Translations under genes and position numbers: made by a program
In this document: piece after piece, positions 10,995-23,849 of the stretch
How positions within the stretch are numbered: position 1 is the stretch's first letter
Layout of the letters: every line of letters starts with the position of its first letter
The notes under the pieces: model-generated
Seen by the model: the letters and a program-made list of their open reading frames with translations, nothing else
Database searches by the model: none
Told to the model about the DNA's origin: nothing
Assembly: GCA_963514005.1 (NCBI GenBank)
Contig: OY740784.1
Coordinates: 88,412,001 to 88,476,000, forward strand
Length of the DNA stretch: 64,000 bases
Source: Raja brachyura
Lineage: Eukaryota
Reading direction: 5' to 3'

Positions 10995-11598
10995 CGACCA
11001 TTCCGACGACCTCTCTTGGACCCACAATACCTCAACTCTGATCAAGAAGGCTCACCAGCGTCTCTTCTTCCTGAGGAGACTGAAGAAGGTCCATCTGTCT
11101 CCTCAGATCCTGGTGAACTTCTACCGCTGCACCATCGAGAGCATCCTTACCAACTGCATCACAGTTTGGTATGGCAACTGCTCTGTCTCCGACCGGAAGG
11201 CATTGCAGAGGGTGGTGAAAATTGCCCAACGCATCACCGGTTCCTCGCTCCCCTCCATTGAGTCTGTCCAAAGCAAGCGTTGTCTGCGGAGGGCGCTCAG
11301 CATCGCCAAGGACCTCTCTCACCCCAACCATGGACTGTTTACCCTCCTACCATCCGGGAGGCGCTACAGGTCTCTCCGTTGCCGAACCAGCAGGTCCAGG
11401 AACAGCTTCTTTCCGGCGGCTGTCACACTACTCAACAACGTACCTCGGTGACTGCCAATCACCCCCCCCCCCCGGACACTTATTGTTATTTATTCAAATA
11501 ATTTGCTGTGTCGCTCTTCCAGGGAGATGCTAAATGCATTTTGTTGTCTCTGTACTGTACACTGACAATGACAATTAAAATTGAATCTGAATCTGAAT
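10995..11598 (+). mobile_element. Rex1/Babar-type LINE 3' fragment inserted in the PLE
   Basis: DDLSWTHNT...KKAHQRLFFLRRLKK...NFYRCTIESILTNCITVWYGNC...RNSFFPAAV; (GAATCT)n tail; the uninterrupted PLE site is visible at 21101-21120. Confidence 0.9.
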
Positions 11599-12565
11599 GG
11601 GAGGGGGAGTTGAAGTGCTGAGCCACCGGGAGGTCGGGTTGGTTATTGCGGACCGAGCGGAGGTGTTCGGCGAAATGATCGCCAAGCCTCCGCTTGGTCT
11701 CACCGATATAGAACAGCTGGCATCTAGAGCAGCGGATGCAGTAGATGAGGTTGGAGGAGGTGCAGGTGAACCTCTGTCGGACCTGGGAGGACTGCTTGGG
11801 TCCCTGAAAGGAGTGGAGGGGGGTGGTAAAGGGACAAGTGTAGCATCTCTTGCGATTGCAAGGGAAAGTGCCCAGGGAAGGGGTGGAGCGGGAAGGAAGG
11901 GTAGAATTGACAAGGGAGTTGCGGAGGGAGCGGTCTTTGCGGAAGGCAGACAGGGGGGGAGATGGGAAGATGTGGCGAGTGGTGGGGTCATGTTGGAGGT
12001 GGCAAAACTGGCGGAGGACTATGTGTTGGATGTGCCGGCTGGTGGGGTGAAAGGTGAGGACCAGGGGAACTCTGCCCTTGTTGCGAGTGGGGGAATGGGG
12101 AGAGAGGGCAGTGTTGCGGGGTATGGAGGAGACCCTGGTGCGAGCCTCATCTATAGTGGGGGAGGGGAATCCACGTTCTCTGAAGAATGAGGACATTTGT
12201 GATGACCTGGTGTGGAACACCTCATCCTGGGAGCAGATGCGGCGTAGACGGAGGAATTGGGAATAGGGGATGGAGACCTTACAGGAAGCAGGGTGGAAGG
12301 AAGAGTAGTCCAGGTAGCTGTGGGAGTCAGTTGGTTTGTAGTGGATGTCGGTCAGGAGTGTATCACCTGTAATAGAGATGGTGAGGTCAAGGAATGGTAG
12401 GGAAGTGTCGGAAATGGTCCAAGTGTATTTGAGTGCCGGATGGAAGTTGGTGGTGAAGTGGATGAAGTCAGTCAGTTGTGTGTGGGTGCAGGAGGTGACA
12501 CCAAAGCAGTCGTCGATGTAACGGAGGTAGAGGTCGGGGATGGGGCCCTGGTACGCTGAGAACAA
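11597..12565 (-). pseudogene. PLE RT C-terminus plus GIY-YIG endonuclease
   Basis: Open frame of over 300 aa with YIDD, PFLDL, YKPTDSHSYLDYSS, IPYSQFLRLRRIC and the GIY-YIG motif; continues at 10854-10994 beyond the insertion. Confidence 0.92.
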
Positions 12566-14272
12566 GGATTGTTCGACGTACCCGACAAAGAGGCAAGCAT
12601 AGAGATTGGAGTGAGACAGGGGAATGGAAAAGTCAAGGCAGTTGATGTCCCGACGGCAGTTCTGGATAAAGAGTTCTAAAGCCGGAGGGCCACGAGGGGG
12701 GGTCCACGAGGAGGGGGTACGTGGGAGACAGGAAAAGTGATCATCAGTGGGGGGGCGAGGACTTCTTCCCGTGGAAGAAGGCGGAGGCGAAGGTATAAGA
12801 GCTCCAAGTCGTGGTGGGCGCGGAACTCATTGAGGTGGGGACGGAGGGGGACAAAGGTAAGACCTCTGCTGAGGACCGACCTTTTGGTGTCGGAGAGGGG
12901 GAGGTCCGGGGGGATGGTGAACACACGGCAAGGATGGGGATTGTGGCCGGAGGAAGGCAGGTGAGTGGATTGAGGATGAAGCGTTGTGTGGTGGGGGGGT
13001 GGAGGGTGGTCAGGGGGCGGGGGGGTATGGGGGCTGTGGTGTGGGTGGGGAAGAGCAGAGGTTACATAGCTGGAGGGGGATGGGGAAGACCCAGTGGAAT
13101 AGCCACTGAGGTTACCAGGGTTGGGGAGTTGGGCACTAGGACCCAGTGCCGCCAAAACCCAAGTGGTGGGAGTTAGCAAAGTGGAGGCTTCAGGCCCGCT
13201 GCACAGTCCAGTCTGCAGGTGAGGCGACGGCTGCGGGCTGCTGGAGGGCGGTGGAGTGTCGTGGGTCGGCGGACCCGAAGGTAGGAATCCGCGGGCAGTA
13301 GAGTCGGGGTCGGCGGGCGATGCGTGGGTGGGCGGTGGGGCGGCGCAGTTCGGTCCGCCCGGTGCGGCGGCGAGATGAGTGGGGTGCAGTGCGGCGGCCA
13401 TGTTCGGGGAGCTCCGGTCCAGCTCCGATGCTCTGTAGGCCCGGTCCGGCGGCGGTGTCGGGTAGGCCCAGTCCGACGGCGATGTGAGGTGAGGCGGGAC
13501 CTTTTTGAGTGAGACCTTTTTGCCAGTGCAGAATAAATAAGTATCAAGTTTAGAACAGTTACATTGTAAAGTTTAACTAGCCCTTCTCTTTAGAACCACA
13601 TACATTATTTATATTCAAATACACCCACTGTCTGCGGTGCCGATTGTATTTCAAAAACCAATAACAACAAATCCAAGAGAAAATCTTACTCGATTCTACT
13701 GTATCTAGATAGCTTTAAGAAAGAGCCTCACATACTTTTCCAAGCAAGGAAAATACTTAGATGCAGAATTCAAAAATGATTTGTCTTGCTGAGGGACCTT
13801 CAGTTGAGTACATTTATTTTCATGTCTAACAGATACTAAGAACAAGTATTGAAGTGATCCACATTAATTATGCGTGAGTTCACTTGGCCGGTTTACAGTT
13901 AAATTTAGCACGCAAGTTTCTGGCATCTTTGCTATTGTAACTGCACTTCTACCAATAAATGTTCCTTCAGCATTGTACTGGGGAGAATGAACAAGAACAG
14001 CTATAAATGTCCAATAAACCTGATTTATAACAAGATTTGAATTATATAAAGTATTCAGCACTGCTTCTGAAAGAAAAAGCAGATATCTGAATGCTTCTGT
14101 GGTTTTGTCGTAGAGGAGACATATTGTCAAGATCAGTGGAGTTAGAAATTTGCCACTATCTAATTATGAGAATGTACCTTGCATCACTTCCAATGAACTG
14201 CTGTTGAGCTACAGTTGTTTAGCTCTCTGAGGAATGAGTTACCAGAGAGGGTGGTAGAGGTGACTACGACTA

Positions 14273-15852
14273 CAGTACATTCAGAAAGTATTCAGACACC
14301 TTAACTATTTCCACGTTTGTTACGTTGCAGCCTTATTCTAAAATGGATTAAATTCTTATTTTTTTATCATCAATCTACACACTACACCTCATAATAAAAA
14401 AGTGAAAAGAGGTATTTAGAATTTTTTGCAAAGTAATTAAAATTAATAACTGAAATATTACATTTAGATATGTATTCAGACCATTTGCTATGACACTCAA
14501 AATTGAGCTTCAGTGCATCCTGTTTCCATTGATTATCCTTGAGATGTTTCTACAACTTGATTGGACTTCACAAGTGGTAAATTAAATTGATTAGACGATT
14601 TGGAAAGGCACTCACCTGTCTATATAAGGTCCCGCAGTTGACGGTGCACGTCAAAACCAAGCCATGAAGACGAAGGAATTGTCCGTAGACCTCAGAGACA
14701 GGATTGTGCTGAGACACAGACCTGGGGAAGGGTATAAAACAATTTCTGCAACATTGCAGGACCTGAGCACAGTGGCCTCCGTCATTCTTAAATGGAGGAA
14801 CTTTAAAACCACCAGGACTTTTCATAAAGCTGGCCGCCTGACCAAACTGAGCAATTGGGGGAGAAGGGCTTTGGTCAGAGAGGTGACCAAGAACCCAATG
14901 GTCACTCTGACAGAGCTCCAGAGTTCCTCTGTGGAGATAGGAGAAGCTTCCAGAAGAACAACTATATCTGCAACACTCTACCAATTAGGCCTTTATGGTA
15001 GAGTGGCCAGACGCAAGCCACTCCTCAGTAAAAGGCACATGACAGCCCGCTTGGAGTTTGCCAAAAGGCACCTAAACAAGATTCTCTAGTCTGATGAAAC
15101 CAAGATTGAACTCTCTGGCCTGAATGGCAAGTGTCACGTCTGGAGGAAACCAGGCACTGCTTATCACCTGGCCAATACCACACCTACGGTGAAGCATGGT
15201 GGTGGCAGCATCATGCTGTGGGGATGTTTTTTCAGCGGCAGAAACTGGGAGACTAATTAGGATCGAGGGAAAGATAAATGGAACAACGTACCGAGAGACC
15301 CTTGACGAAAACCTGCTCCAGAGTGTTCAGGACCTCAGACTGGGGCAGAAGTTCGCCTTCCAACAGGACAACGACCCAAAGCACACAGCCAAGACAGCGC
15401 AGGAGTGGTTTTGTGACAAGTCTGTGAAAGTCCTTGAATGGCCCAGCCAGAGCTCAGACATGAACCCAATCGAATATCTCTGGAGAGACCTGAAAATAGC
15501 AGTGCATCGATGCTCCCCATCCAACCTGGTAGAGCTTGAGAGGATCTGCAGAGAAGAATGGAAGAAATTACCCAAATACAGGTGTGCCAAGCTTGTAGCT
15601 GTAATCGCTGCCAAAGGTGCCTCAAAAATGTACTGAATAAAGGGTCTGAATACTTACGTAAATGTGATTTTTCAGTTATTTATTTGTAATTACTTTGCAA
15701 AAATTTCTAAACACCTGTTTTCGCTTTTTTATTGTGGTGTATTGTGTATAGATTGATGATAAAAATATATAATTTAATCAATTTTGAATAAGGCTGTAAC
15801 ATAACAAAATGTGGAAAAGGTGAAGGGGTCTGAATATTCTCTGAATGCACTG
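14273..15852 (+). mobile_element. Tc1/mariner DD34E transposon, full length, IR/DR type
   Basis: TA target duplication (14271-72, 15853-54); ~210-bp TIRs starting CAGT with outer and inner GTATTCAGAC direct repeats; inserted in a CR1 tail. Confidence 0.96.
14664..15636 (+). pseudogene. Tc1 transposase (stop, frameshift, small deletions)
   Basis: MKTKELSVDLRDRIV, ARRKPLL, SDETK, QQDNDPKH...MNPIE with 34 residues between D and E. Confidence 0.95.
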
Positions 15853-16609
15853 TATAACATTTAAAAAACACTTGGACATGTACCAGGATAGGAAAAGTAT
15901 GGAGGGATGCAGGCCAGGCAGAGGCAAATAGGACTCTCAGTTAGGCAATTTGGATGAGCTGGGCCAGAGGACCTTCTTCTGTGCTGTGTAGCTCTATGAC
16001 ATATCTGCCTTCTTTCTCACAGGTTGGAATGTTCAGGCTGTTTATGATAGGTATATAAAACATCTGGCTTATACCAAGATGTTTACATATTTTTTCTGGA
16101 ATCCATCAAATTTGTAAGCTGAGATTTTTCTTCATTGAAGAGTGAGTGCTGATTTGATGCAAATGTGCATGTCCATGGCATGTTTAGAAAGATTAAATGA
16201 TTGGGAGGCTGTTCCCACTATTTGGGTAGGTCAAGGGCCATTCCAATGCAAATTGTTGGCTAAATGTTTAAGGGAAATGTGAGGGAAAACTATTTTTCTT
16301 TGCATGTAGCCTTGTAGAATTAGAATTCATTGCCTATATGATTGGTAGCAGTTGAATAAATTAAGGTCTCCATAAGGTAATTTAATTTAAAAGGCAGAGA
16401 GTAATTTGCAGGAAATAGGACTGATGAGATTTATGTATGAGGAGATGATATAAACACAATGGACAGAATGGCCTCCTCTGTACCATAATAATCGGATGCT
16501 TCTTTGATTCAATGATACCATATTATTTCATAACTACAGACTGAAATAACCCTCATAAATGCTGAGTCCGAACACTAACGTGCTTGTTTGAGAATGAACC
16601 ATAGATTCA

Positions 16610-16940
16610 TGGGGAATATAGAATATAAAAAGGCCTTTCTGCCCACCAACCCCATGCCAACGATCAACTACCGACTTGCACTAATCCTACATCAACACCA
16701 TCTTTACTCCGACTTCATTCTTGCCACATTCTCATCAACTCCACCTACACAATTGACCAATTAATGACCAATTAATCCATTAAAACCACATGTCTTTGGG
16801 ATGAGGGAGAAAGCTGAGCACCCAGGGAAAACCCATCTGGTCACGAGGAGAATGTGCAAATTCCGCACAGATAGCATCCAAGGTCATGATTGAATCTGGG
16901 CCTCTAGAGTTGTAAGGCTCCCCACTAGATGTACCACCTT
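16610..16940 (-). mobile_element. V-SINE, diverged
   Basis: Reverse-strand V-domain GAGCACCCAGGGAAAACCC...GGAGAATGTGCAAA and tail. Confidence 0.7.
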
Positions 16941-17526
16941 GTTGCACAAATTGGTAATTTAGTTTAACAGTGAGAGTGTTTCAATCTTTTGTGTCATGCA
17001 ATAATCTTGGATCATGATATTTGGTCAGAGCACAAGACGCTTGCAGTCAATCTTCCAATCTTATCATTAATAAATGATAAGTCTCAAACTTGATGAATTG
17101 TATGACCTAAAATACATTTGCTATGTTTTGTTGACCTGCTGAAAGGAAAGCCTTACCTTCAGTTTATTGACTTTTACACTGACTGGAGATTCAGGTTTTG
17201 AATTTAATTGCAAGAAGATTAAAAAGAATAACAGCAACAGCTGGGAACATGGTCCCTCAATTTTGTTATATAATTTATCAAGACCAACCAGTTTGTCCAC
17301 TCCCACTCACTGCACATCCTGGGTCAACACCAATCCTGCAATCTGCATTTCTTTGATTTACTTTGACTAAAATAAATAGCCAATCCCTTATCCTAAGATA
17401 ATGGTCCCTAAATTCCCACTGGAGCCATCAAACCTCGAAGGATCTACCCTGTCAATCCTTCCAATAATGCATAATTTCAATGCAATCACCACTCAATCGT
17501 CTAAAGTCATTAAGTATTTAACACTG

Positions 17527-17711
17527 GTAGACAAAAATGCTGGAGAAACTCAGTGGGTGAGGAGCGAAGGATTATACGATGTTTCGGGTCGAGACCCCTC
17601 CTCAGACCCAAAACATTGCCTATTCCTTTGCTCCATAGATGCTGCCTCACCCGCTGAGTTTCTCCAGCATTTTTGTCTACCTTCGATTTTTCCAGAATTT
17701 GCAGTTCTTTC
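17527..17711. mobile_element. Fold-back mini-element from PLE termini
   Basis: Arm 17526-17562 is the reverse complement of 17645-17681; 17-bp TSD TTAAGTATTTA(A/G)CACTG at 17510-17526 and 17712-17728. Confidence 0.88.
17577..17607 (-). ncRNA. Minimal type I hammerhead ribozyme motif (best-preserved core in the window)
   Basis: Minus strand GTCTGAGGAG-GGGT-CTCG-ACCC-GAAAC-ATC: CUGANGA box, stem II hairpin, GAAA box, NUH triplet. Confidence 0.6.
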
Positions 17712-17742
17712 TTAAGTATTTAGCACTGATGTCTCCACTTCT

Positions 17743-18100
17743 AACAAACCTGCACACCTTTGGAAGTACCTGGTGAAAACCCACACAGTCACAGGGAGAA
17801 CGTACAAACTCTGTTTGGACAGCACCCATGGTCAGGCCAACCAGTGATCCCCGCACATTAACACTATCCTACGCCCACCAGGCACAATTTTTATATTTGC
17901 CAAGCCAATTAACCTACAAACCTGTAAGTCTTTGGAGTAAGACCTAAGAAAACAAAGATTAAGACATAAGAAAACGCAAGAAACCAAAGATCTCGGAGAA
18001 AATCCATGCAGGTCATGGGGAGAACGTACAAACTCCGAACAGACAGCAGCCGTAGTCGGAATCGAACCCTAGTCTGCATTCGCTGTAAAGTAGCAACTCA
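17743..18100 (-). mobile_element. V-SINE fragments (composite)
   Basis: Two partial V-domains GGGAGAACGTACAAACTC...CAGCA and a B-box-like GGAATCGAACCC. Confidence 0.75.
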
Positions 18101-18390
18101 CCTTGATCTTCTTAAATGTAATCCAGCACTGATCCCTTAGGCGCACCACTAGTCACAGGCCTTCAATCAAAAAAATAACCTTCCACCACCACCCTCTGCT
18201 TCCTACCGTGAAGCAATTCTATTCAGTTAGCTAGTTCTGTCTGGATCCATCTGATCTAACCTTGGATCCTTATCAAAGGCCTTACTAAAGTCTATGTAGA
18301 CCATATCTATGGTTCTGCCCTCATCAAGCTTCTGGGTTACTTGAAAGAATTAAATCATATTTGTGAGACGCGATCTCCCATGCAACAAAA
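18100..18390 (-). mobile_element. CR1 RT fragment
   Basis: Reverse strand encodes DMVYIDFSKAFDK and GAP.GSVL-type CR1 motifs. Confidence 0.7.
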
Positions 18391-18459
18391 CCAGTGACAT
18401 AGCGGTAGAGTTGCTGCCTTACAGCACCAGAATCCCGGGTTCGATCCTGACTACGGGTA

Positions 18460-18570
18460 CGTGTAGGAAGGAACTGCAGATGCTGGTTTAAGCTGAAGAA
18501 AGACACAAAAAGCTGGAGTAACTCAGCGGGACAGGCAGTATCTCTGGAGAGAAGGAATGGGTGATGCTAC
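18460..18570 (-). mobile_element. PLE terminal fragment joined to a SINE head (18398-18459)
   Basis: GTAGGAAGGAACTGCAGATGCTGG...GCTGGAGTAACTCAGCGGG. Confidence 0.8.
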
Positions 18571-20397
18571 AGAGATACACCATTAGCCTTATCGTCAATT
18601 TACAATGATTCATATCTCTCATCAGGACTCCTGCAATTTCTTCTCTAGCTTCCCACTGTATCCTTGAATCAGGCCCAGGAGATTTATCGACAGTCGTGTC
18701 AGAGAAGGCGGCAAATCAACAATGGCTAGACTAACACACTCATGGTAGGGTGAACTCCTGTGAAAAGGTTTATTTATGGTGAAGGACGATAGTGACGAGA
18801 AGGTCCGGTCTGTATGGAGGTCCAGTCCCTCATTGTCTGTGGGCAAGTTGAGGAGGTTCTGGTGATCTCAGGCTTGTCCCAATGGCCCAGTCTTGTGCTT
18901 TAAGAATTGGCATTGGGGGTCTTGGGCTGCTCCGGTGACTCAATCTTGGTCAGAGGAGGTGCTGGTGATCTCGGGCTTGTCCTGGTGGCTCAGTCTTGGC
19001 CTTGAATAGACAGTGCATCTTAGGCTTATCCAGGTTGCTCAGTCATTGAACTCTGTGTGGGGTGCAGTCCCTCATTGATTGTGGCAGGTGAGGATGCTCT
19101 GGTGGTTTCTAGCTTCTCCTGATGGCACAGTCTTGGCTTCAAAGAGGAGGCACCGGCGGTTTCAGACTTGTCCTGGCATCTTAGCCTTGGCCTCAAATTG
19201 GTGGTGCTGGTGATCTCAGGTTTGTCCTGGCAGCTCAGTTTTTGCACACTCTGTGGAATTGCAGTCCCTTCTCATCATCACCCACTTTTTCTCTCTGTCA
19301 TTCTCTGGATTCTCCTTAATCTTATCCACCATAGCTATCTCATGCCCCCTTTTTGTTCTTCTGATATCCTTCTTAAATATGCTCCTCAGACTGCTAAACT
19401 GCTCCAGGATTTACACTTGATCACAGCTCCCAATACTTGACCCAAGCCTCCTTTTTCCTGACCAAAGCCATCTGCCTGCCTAGCCCTCCACTGTAACAGG
19501 AACATGCAGACCTTAAACCCTCACTATCTAATCAAGGTGATCATCCCCTTTTTTATTTCTCACCTCCATTGGAATGTCATCTCAAACTACTGCTCTGATG
19601 TTGTCCAATGAAACAATACAGCAATGGCCCCTCCTCTTTTTATCCCCACCTCTCTCTCGCCCGCAGTACCTATATTCTGGAACATTAAGTGGCCAGTGTT
19701 GACTTTCCCTTAGCCTGGTTTCAGTAACGGCCATAATGACCCAGTCACACGTACCTCTACACAGCCTGAATTAATCTCCTTACCTATCAGGTCTCTGGTA
19801 TTGAAATAAATGCAGTTTAATCCAACCATTTTTCCTCATCCCCTGCCTTCCACCTGCCTAGCCTGTCTAATGAACTTGCTGTCATTGACTTTCATACTGA
19901 CATAGTAGGAATACAACTGGGAATAACAATTTCACTGGAAGTACACATTCACAATGGGGCGCATTTCAGATGGGGAAATAAAATATTTAATATTCAAAGG
20001 AGAGCCAACTCCATACAAACAGCCTCCATCTCTGTTGCATAATTGAAGTGCTCTTTTAGGGGACATTCTGCAGTTATTTAGTGAAAAGTTTTCAATGTTT
20101 GAAGCCTTTTTTATGATGTTATTCTGAATATTACAGCATCAAGAATGTCAAAAACTACAGGTGGCCAGAGAAAAAAGGACATGGTAAAATTAGCTAATCA
20201 AATTAGATCCCTCTGCTTCTCCTCTCACTGTATATTTTACAGAGCCTTTTTCTCATTGGATATGCTGAGGTATTACATTTTTGGTCAATGTCGGTATTTA
20301 TAAACCTGTTCCACCGCCCCGCCCTGCTAATGTAGACAGAATTGGCAGCTCTTATAAGACCACCCATCTCTTACAGGAATCGATCCATACCATTATC

Positions 20398-20700
20398 TTT
20401 TAGACTTTAGACTTTGGAGATACAGCGTGGAAACAGGCCCTTCGAATTGCCGAGTCTGCGCAGCCCAGCAGTCAACTTTACACTCGCACTATCTTACACA
20501 CTAGGGATAATTTACAATTTGCAGAAGCTAATTGACCTACAGACCTTCACATCTTTGGAGTATGAGAGGAAACTGGAGCACTCTGTAGAAAACCAATGCG
20601 GTCACCGGGAGAAGATACAAACTTCATACAGACAGCATCCATGGTCAGGATTAAACCCGGATCTCTGGCACTCTAAGGCAGTAACTCTGTGCTGCTCTGT
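20398..20700 (-). mobile_element. V-SINE
   Basis: (TTTAGAC)n tail, GGAAACAGGCCCTTCG, V-domain and tRNA-like head on the reverse strand. Confidence 0.85.
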
Positions 20701-20782
20701 ATGTGTATTATCAATACACAAAATATAGCAAGAAGTCTACTTTAACGTTTTTTTCTGTCTCTCATTTGCAACTTCAAAACCT

Positions 20783-21627
20783 GGCACACAAATTGCTGGA
20801 GAAACTTAGCGGGTGCAGCAGCATCGATGGAGTGAATGAGATAGGCAATGTTCCGGGCTGAAACCCTTATTCAGACTGGTGAGGGGAGGCGGGGGGAAGA
20901 AAGGAAAAAGGAAGAGGAGGAGCCCGAGGGCTGAGGGAGAGGTAGGAAGGGGAGGAGATAGCAAGGGTTAACAGAATTGAGAAAATTCAATGTTCAAGCC
21001 CAGAGGATGCAGACTCCCCAAGCGGAATATGAGGTGCTGTTCCTCCAATTTGTGGTGTTGCTCACTCTGGCCGTGGAGGAGGCCCAAGACAGAGAGGTTG
21101 GATACGGAATGGGAGGGGGAGTTGAAGTGCTGAGCCACCGGGAGGTCGGGTCGGTTATTGTGGACCGAGCGGAGGTGTTCGGCGAAACTATCGCCAACCC
21201 TCCGCTTGGTCTCACCGATATAGATCAGTTGACATCTAGAGCAGCGGATGCAATAGATGAGGTTGGAGGAGGTGCAGGTGAACCTCTGTCGGACCTGGAA
21301 CGACTGCTTGGGTCCTTGAATGGAGTGGAGGGGGGAAGTAAAGTGACAAGTGTAGCATCTCTTGCGGTTGCAAGGGAAAGTGCCCGGGGAAGGGGTGGAG
21401 CGGGAGGGAAGGGAAGAATTGACAAGGGAGTTGCGGAGGGAGTGGTCTTTGCGGAAGGCAGACGGGGGGGAGATGGGAAGATGTGGCGAGCGGTGGGGTC
21501 ACGTTGGAGGTGGCGAAACTGGCGGAGGACTATGTGTTGTACGTGCCGGCTGGTGGGGTGAAAGGTGAGGACCAGGGGAACTCTGCCCTTGTTGCGAGTG
21601 GGGGGGATGGGGAGAGAGGGCAGTGTT
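20783..21627 (-). mobile_element. Penelope-like element, 5'-truncated (GIY-YIG region plus terminus)
   Basis: Near-identical to 10670-10994 plus 11597-12115 without the Rex insertion. Confidence 0.93.
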
Positions 21628-23849
21628 TAAAAAAAATTGCAAATGTTTGAGCTGCAGTTAATTTGATTCCGAGTGCTGATATTATGCCATGTAAAGGAAA
21701 GGTATGACAGAATTTGTACAAGGTTCTTTACTGTATTTCCAGTTGTAATGATAGAAGTCTGTGTCAATGGCAAGGCATTCATTAAATAACCTTGTATTGT
21801 TAAGATAATTGTAAATTATCCCTGTGTGTGTAAGATAGTGCTAGTGTAAGGTTGATTGCTGGTCTGTGTACTTGGACCTCTCATGGAAAGTAGCTGCTCT
21901 GCACTCCAGGAAATATGGGAAGAGTTGGGTAGGATTGCTTGAGTGCTGCAAGTGCTATGTTAATAAATGTCTTCCTATCTAAGAAATCTTTCCAAACTTC
22001 TAATCATCATTGATCTTTATCTTTTTCCAACTTGATCCACTTGAACATCCCTGATATTTTATTGCTCTTTCTGCACTGGAAAGGCACTTGGTTTTAAAGA
22101 CCCCCAAGCTCTGAAATTAGTCCCCTCAACCTTTTCCTGCATCTCTCTCTCTTTATTCTCTCTCTCGCTTTCCCCCTTTAAATTACTTTCTCAAACCTAC
22201 CTCATAGACTAAACATCTCGTCACATGTCTGCTGTTAGATCTTTTCAAAGGCTTGGTGTCAAACTTCCTGATAATGTTCCTGTGAAAACACTTGAGATAT
22301 AGTAAAGTCAAAATATAAACTTTGATTTGTATTTGCTATAATATTTAATGAACTGTGCAAACTATAGTAACTGTCCTGTGCTACAGTTAATAACAACCTA
22401 GTTAATTAGAATGAGTACACAGAGCACGTACAACCTGTAGTCAAACATAGTAACTATAGGTTCATAGTAAGCTTAAGCAGATAGGTCACGAATGAGGCAG
22501 AATAATCCTCATGAATGGTTATTTATGAAATAATATTTTATAATGTGGTAAAATGTTATTACATATGGACTGAATTATCACTTTTGTCACATTACTGATA
22601 TGTAAGCCACACAAACAAGAGCCAATATTTAAATTCTCTCCCTTAAATTGTGATTTCTTTATTTGAAAATGTTAATCTCTTTTAGATGATGAAAACAAAA
22701 TATTTCCATGCATTGAGGCCAATAATGCCATGCTCGTGGTCTGACATGCTGAAGCACCAATGGTTACTGTTGCTTATGCCAATAAAATGCTTCATTTTTG
22801 GTGCAAGATACAAAGAGAGCTGAGAGCCAGCACACAAGCTGCTTATCTGCCTCATTAGACCCCTGAATTTTGTTTACATGAGGTGCCTGCTTCTCAATAT
22901 GTTTGGAGCACTGGAACAATAGTTCAGTTGCATGGCAACCATTTTGAATGGGAATAAAGTGGAAGCCATTGCTAAATTAAAATAAAGCATTTCTGTCTCG
23001 CTGCTAACACAGGTGGTCTCTATGTTGTGAAACCTTCACTCCTCCTTACCCTTGTCTTATATTTGGCTTTCTGCTTTCTCATCACATAGTGAGAGAGCCT
23101 CAGTATTAACAGATAGTACCCCTTTTCTGACCCGCTGAGGAACTTGATGGGTTAATCAGAGGTGCAGTCTGCATTTGTATAGCACCTTTGAATTGAAAAA
23201 TTCAAATAAATATAGGAGTTTGATACAATTTATGTATTATGTATTATTTTAATGGAAAGGTGAGAGGAGAAGATAAAGTTTTAGGGAAGGAATTATAGAA
23301 CATAGAAGTTTAGCATAACTAACATGGTGGGACATGTAAAATGCCAGAATTAAAGGAGTGCACAGACCTTGGACACTAGTAGAGCTAGAGGAGAGCATGG
23401 AACTCAGGCAGGACATGGGCAACATTATTGGAAACATGAAGATGAATTTTAAGAGTGAGTGGTTGACAGATTTGAATAATTTCCTCAAACCGGTCTTAGA
23501 CTGCTCTGTCATTTCCAGTTGCAGTGAATCTAAGCAGTGCTATCTATCATCAGCATGTAAGGGTCTGTATTATCAGTCCTACAACTTCACAACGGCTTCC
23601 ATATCAATATTGATCCCAAAGGCATCCAGCAACACAAAATGAGGAAGATAATCTGAATAAACAAGGCCAGTGCACATTCTGTGACAGCAATGATTGCTGA
23701 TTTCATTTACTTTATATATCATAGTGGTTCAAATTTTGGAATTTTTGATAAGAAAGCATTAATATGTTCCATAAGTGTGTCAGCCAGTTGTGGAAGCTGG
23801 GAAGGATTGTGAGAGCTATGTTTTTTTAATTATTCAGTACTAATAATGA

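Larger units (their letters stand above)
10670..13505 (-). mobile_element. Penelope-like retroelement, Neptune type (internally deleted, interrupted by Rex1/Babar)
   Basis: RT YLRYIDDCF, linker FPCNRKRCYTC, GIY-YIG NLIYCIRCSRCQLFYIGET, N-terminal LSRGLTFVP; candidate 9-bp TSD TGAGTGAGA at 10661-10669 and 13506-13514. Confidence 0.93.

Noticed and set aside
11597-13512. Long plus-strand Gly/Arg-rich ORFs (also 20977-21561 and 47613-48368 minus)
   Set aside because: Antisense shadows of GC-rich TE coding regions
13864-14130. Possible minus-strand exon
   Set aside because: Weak or ambiguous splice sites and no recognisable peptide
17150-17230. Strong minus-strand donor AAG|GTAAGG (and plus-strand AAG|GTAAGC near 46761)
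   Set aside because: No convincing paired acceptor or recognisable reading frame; such motifs arise by chance
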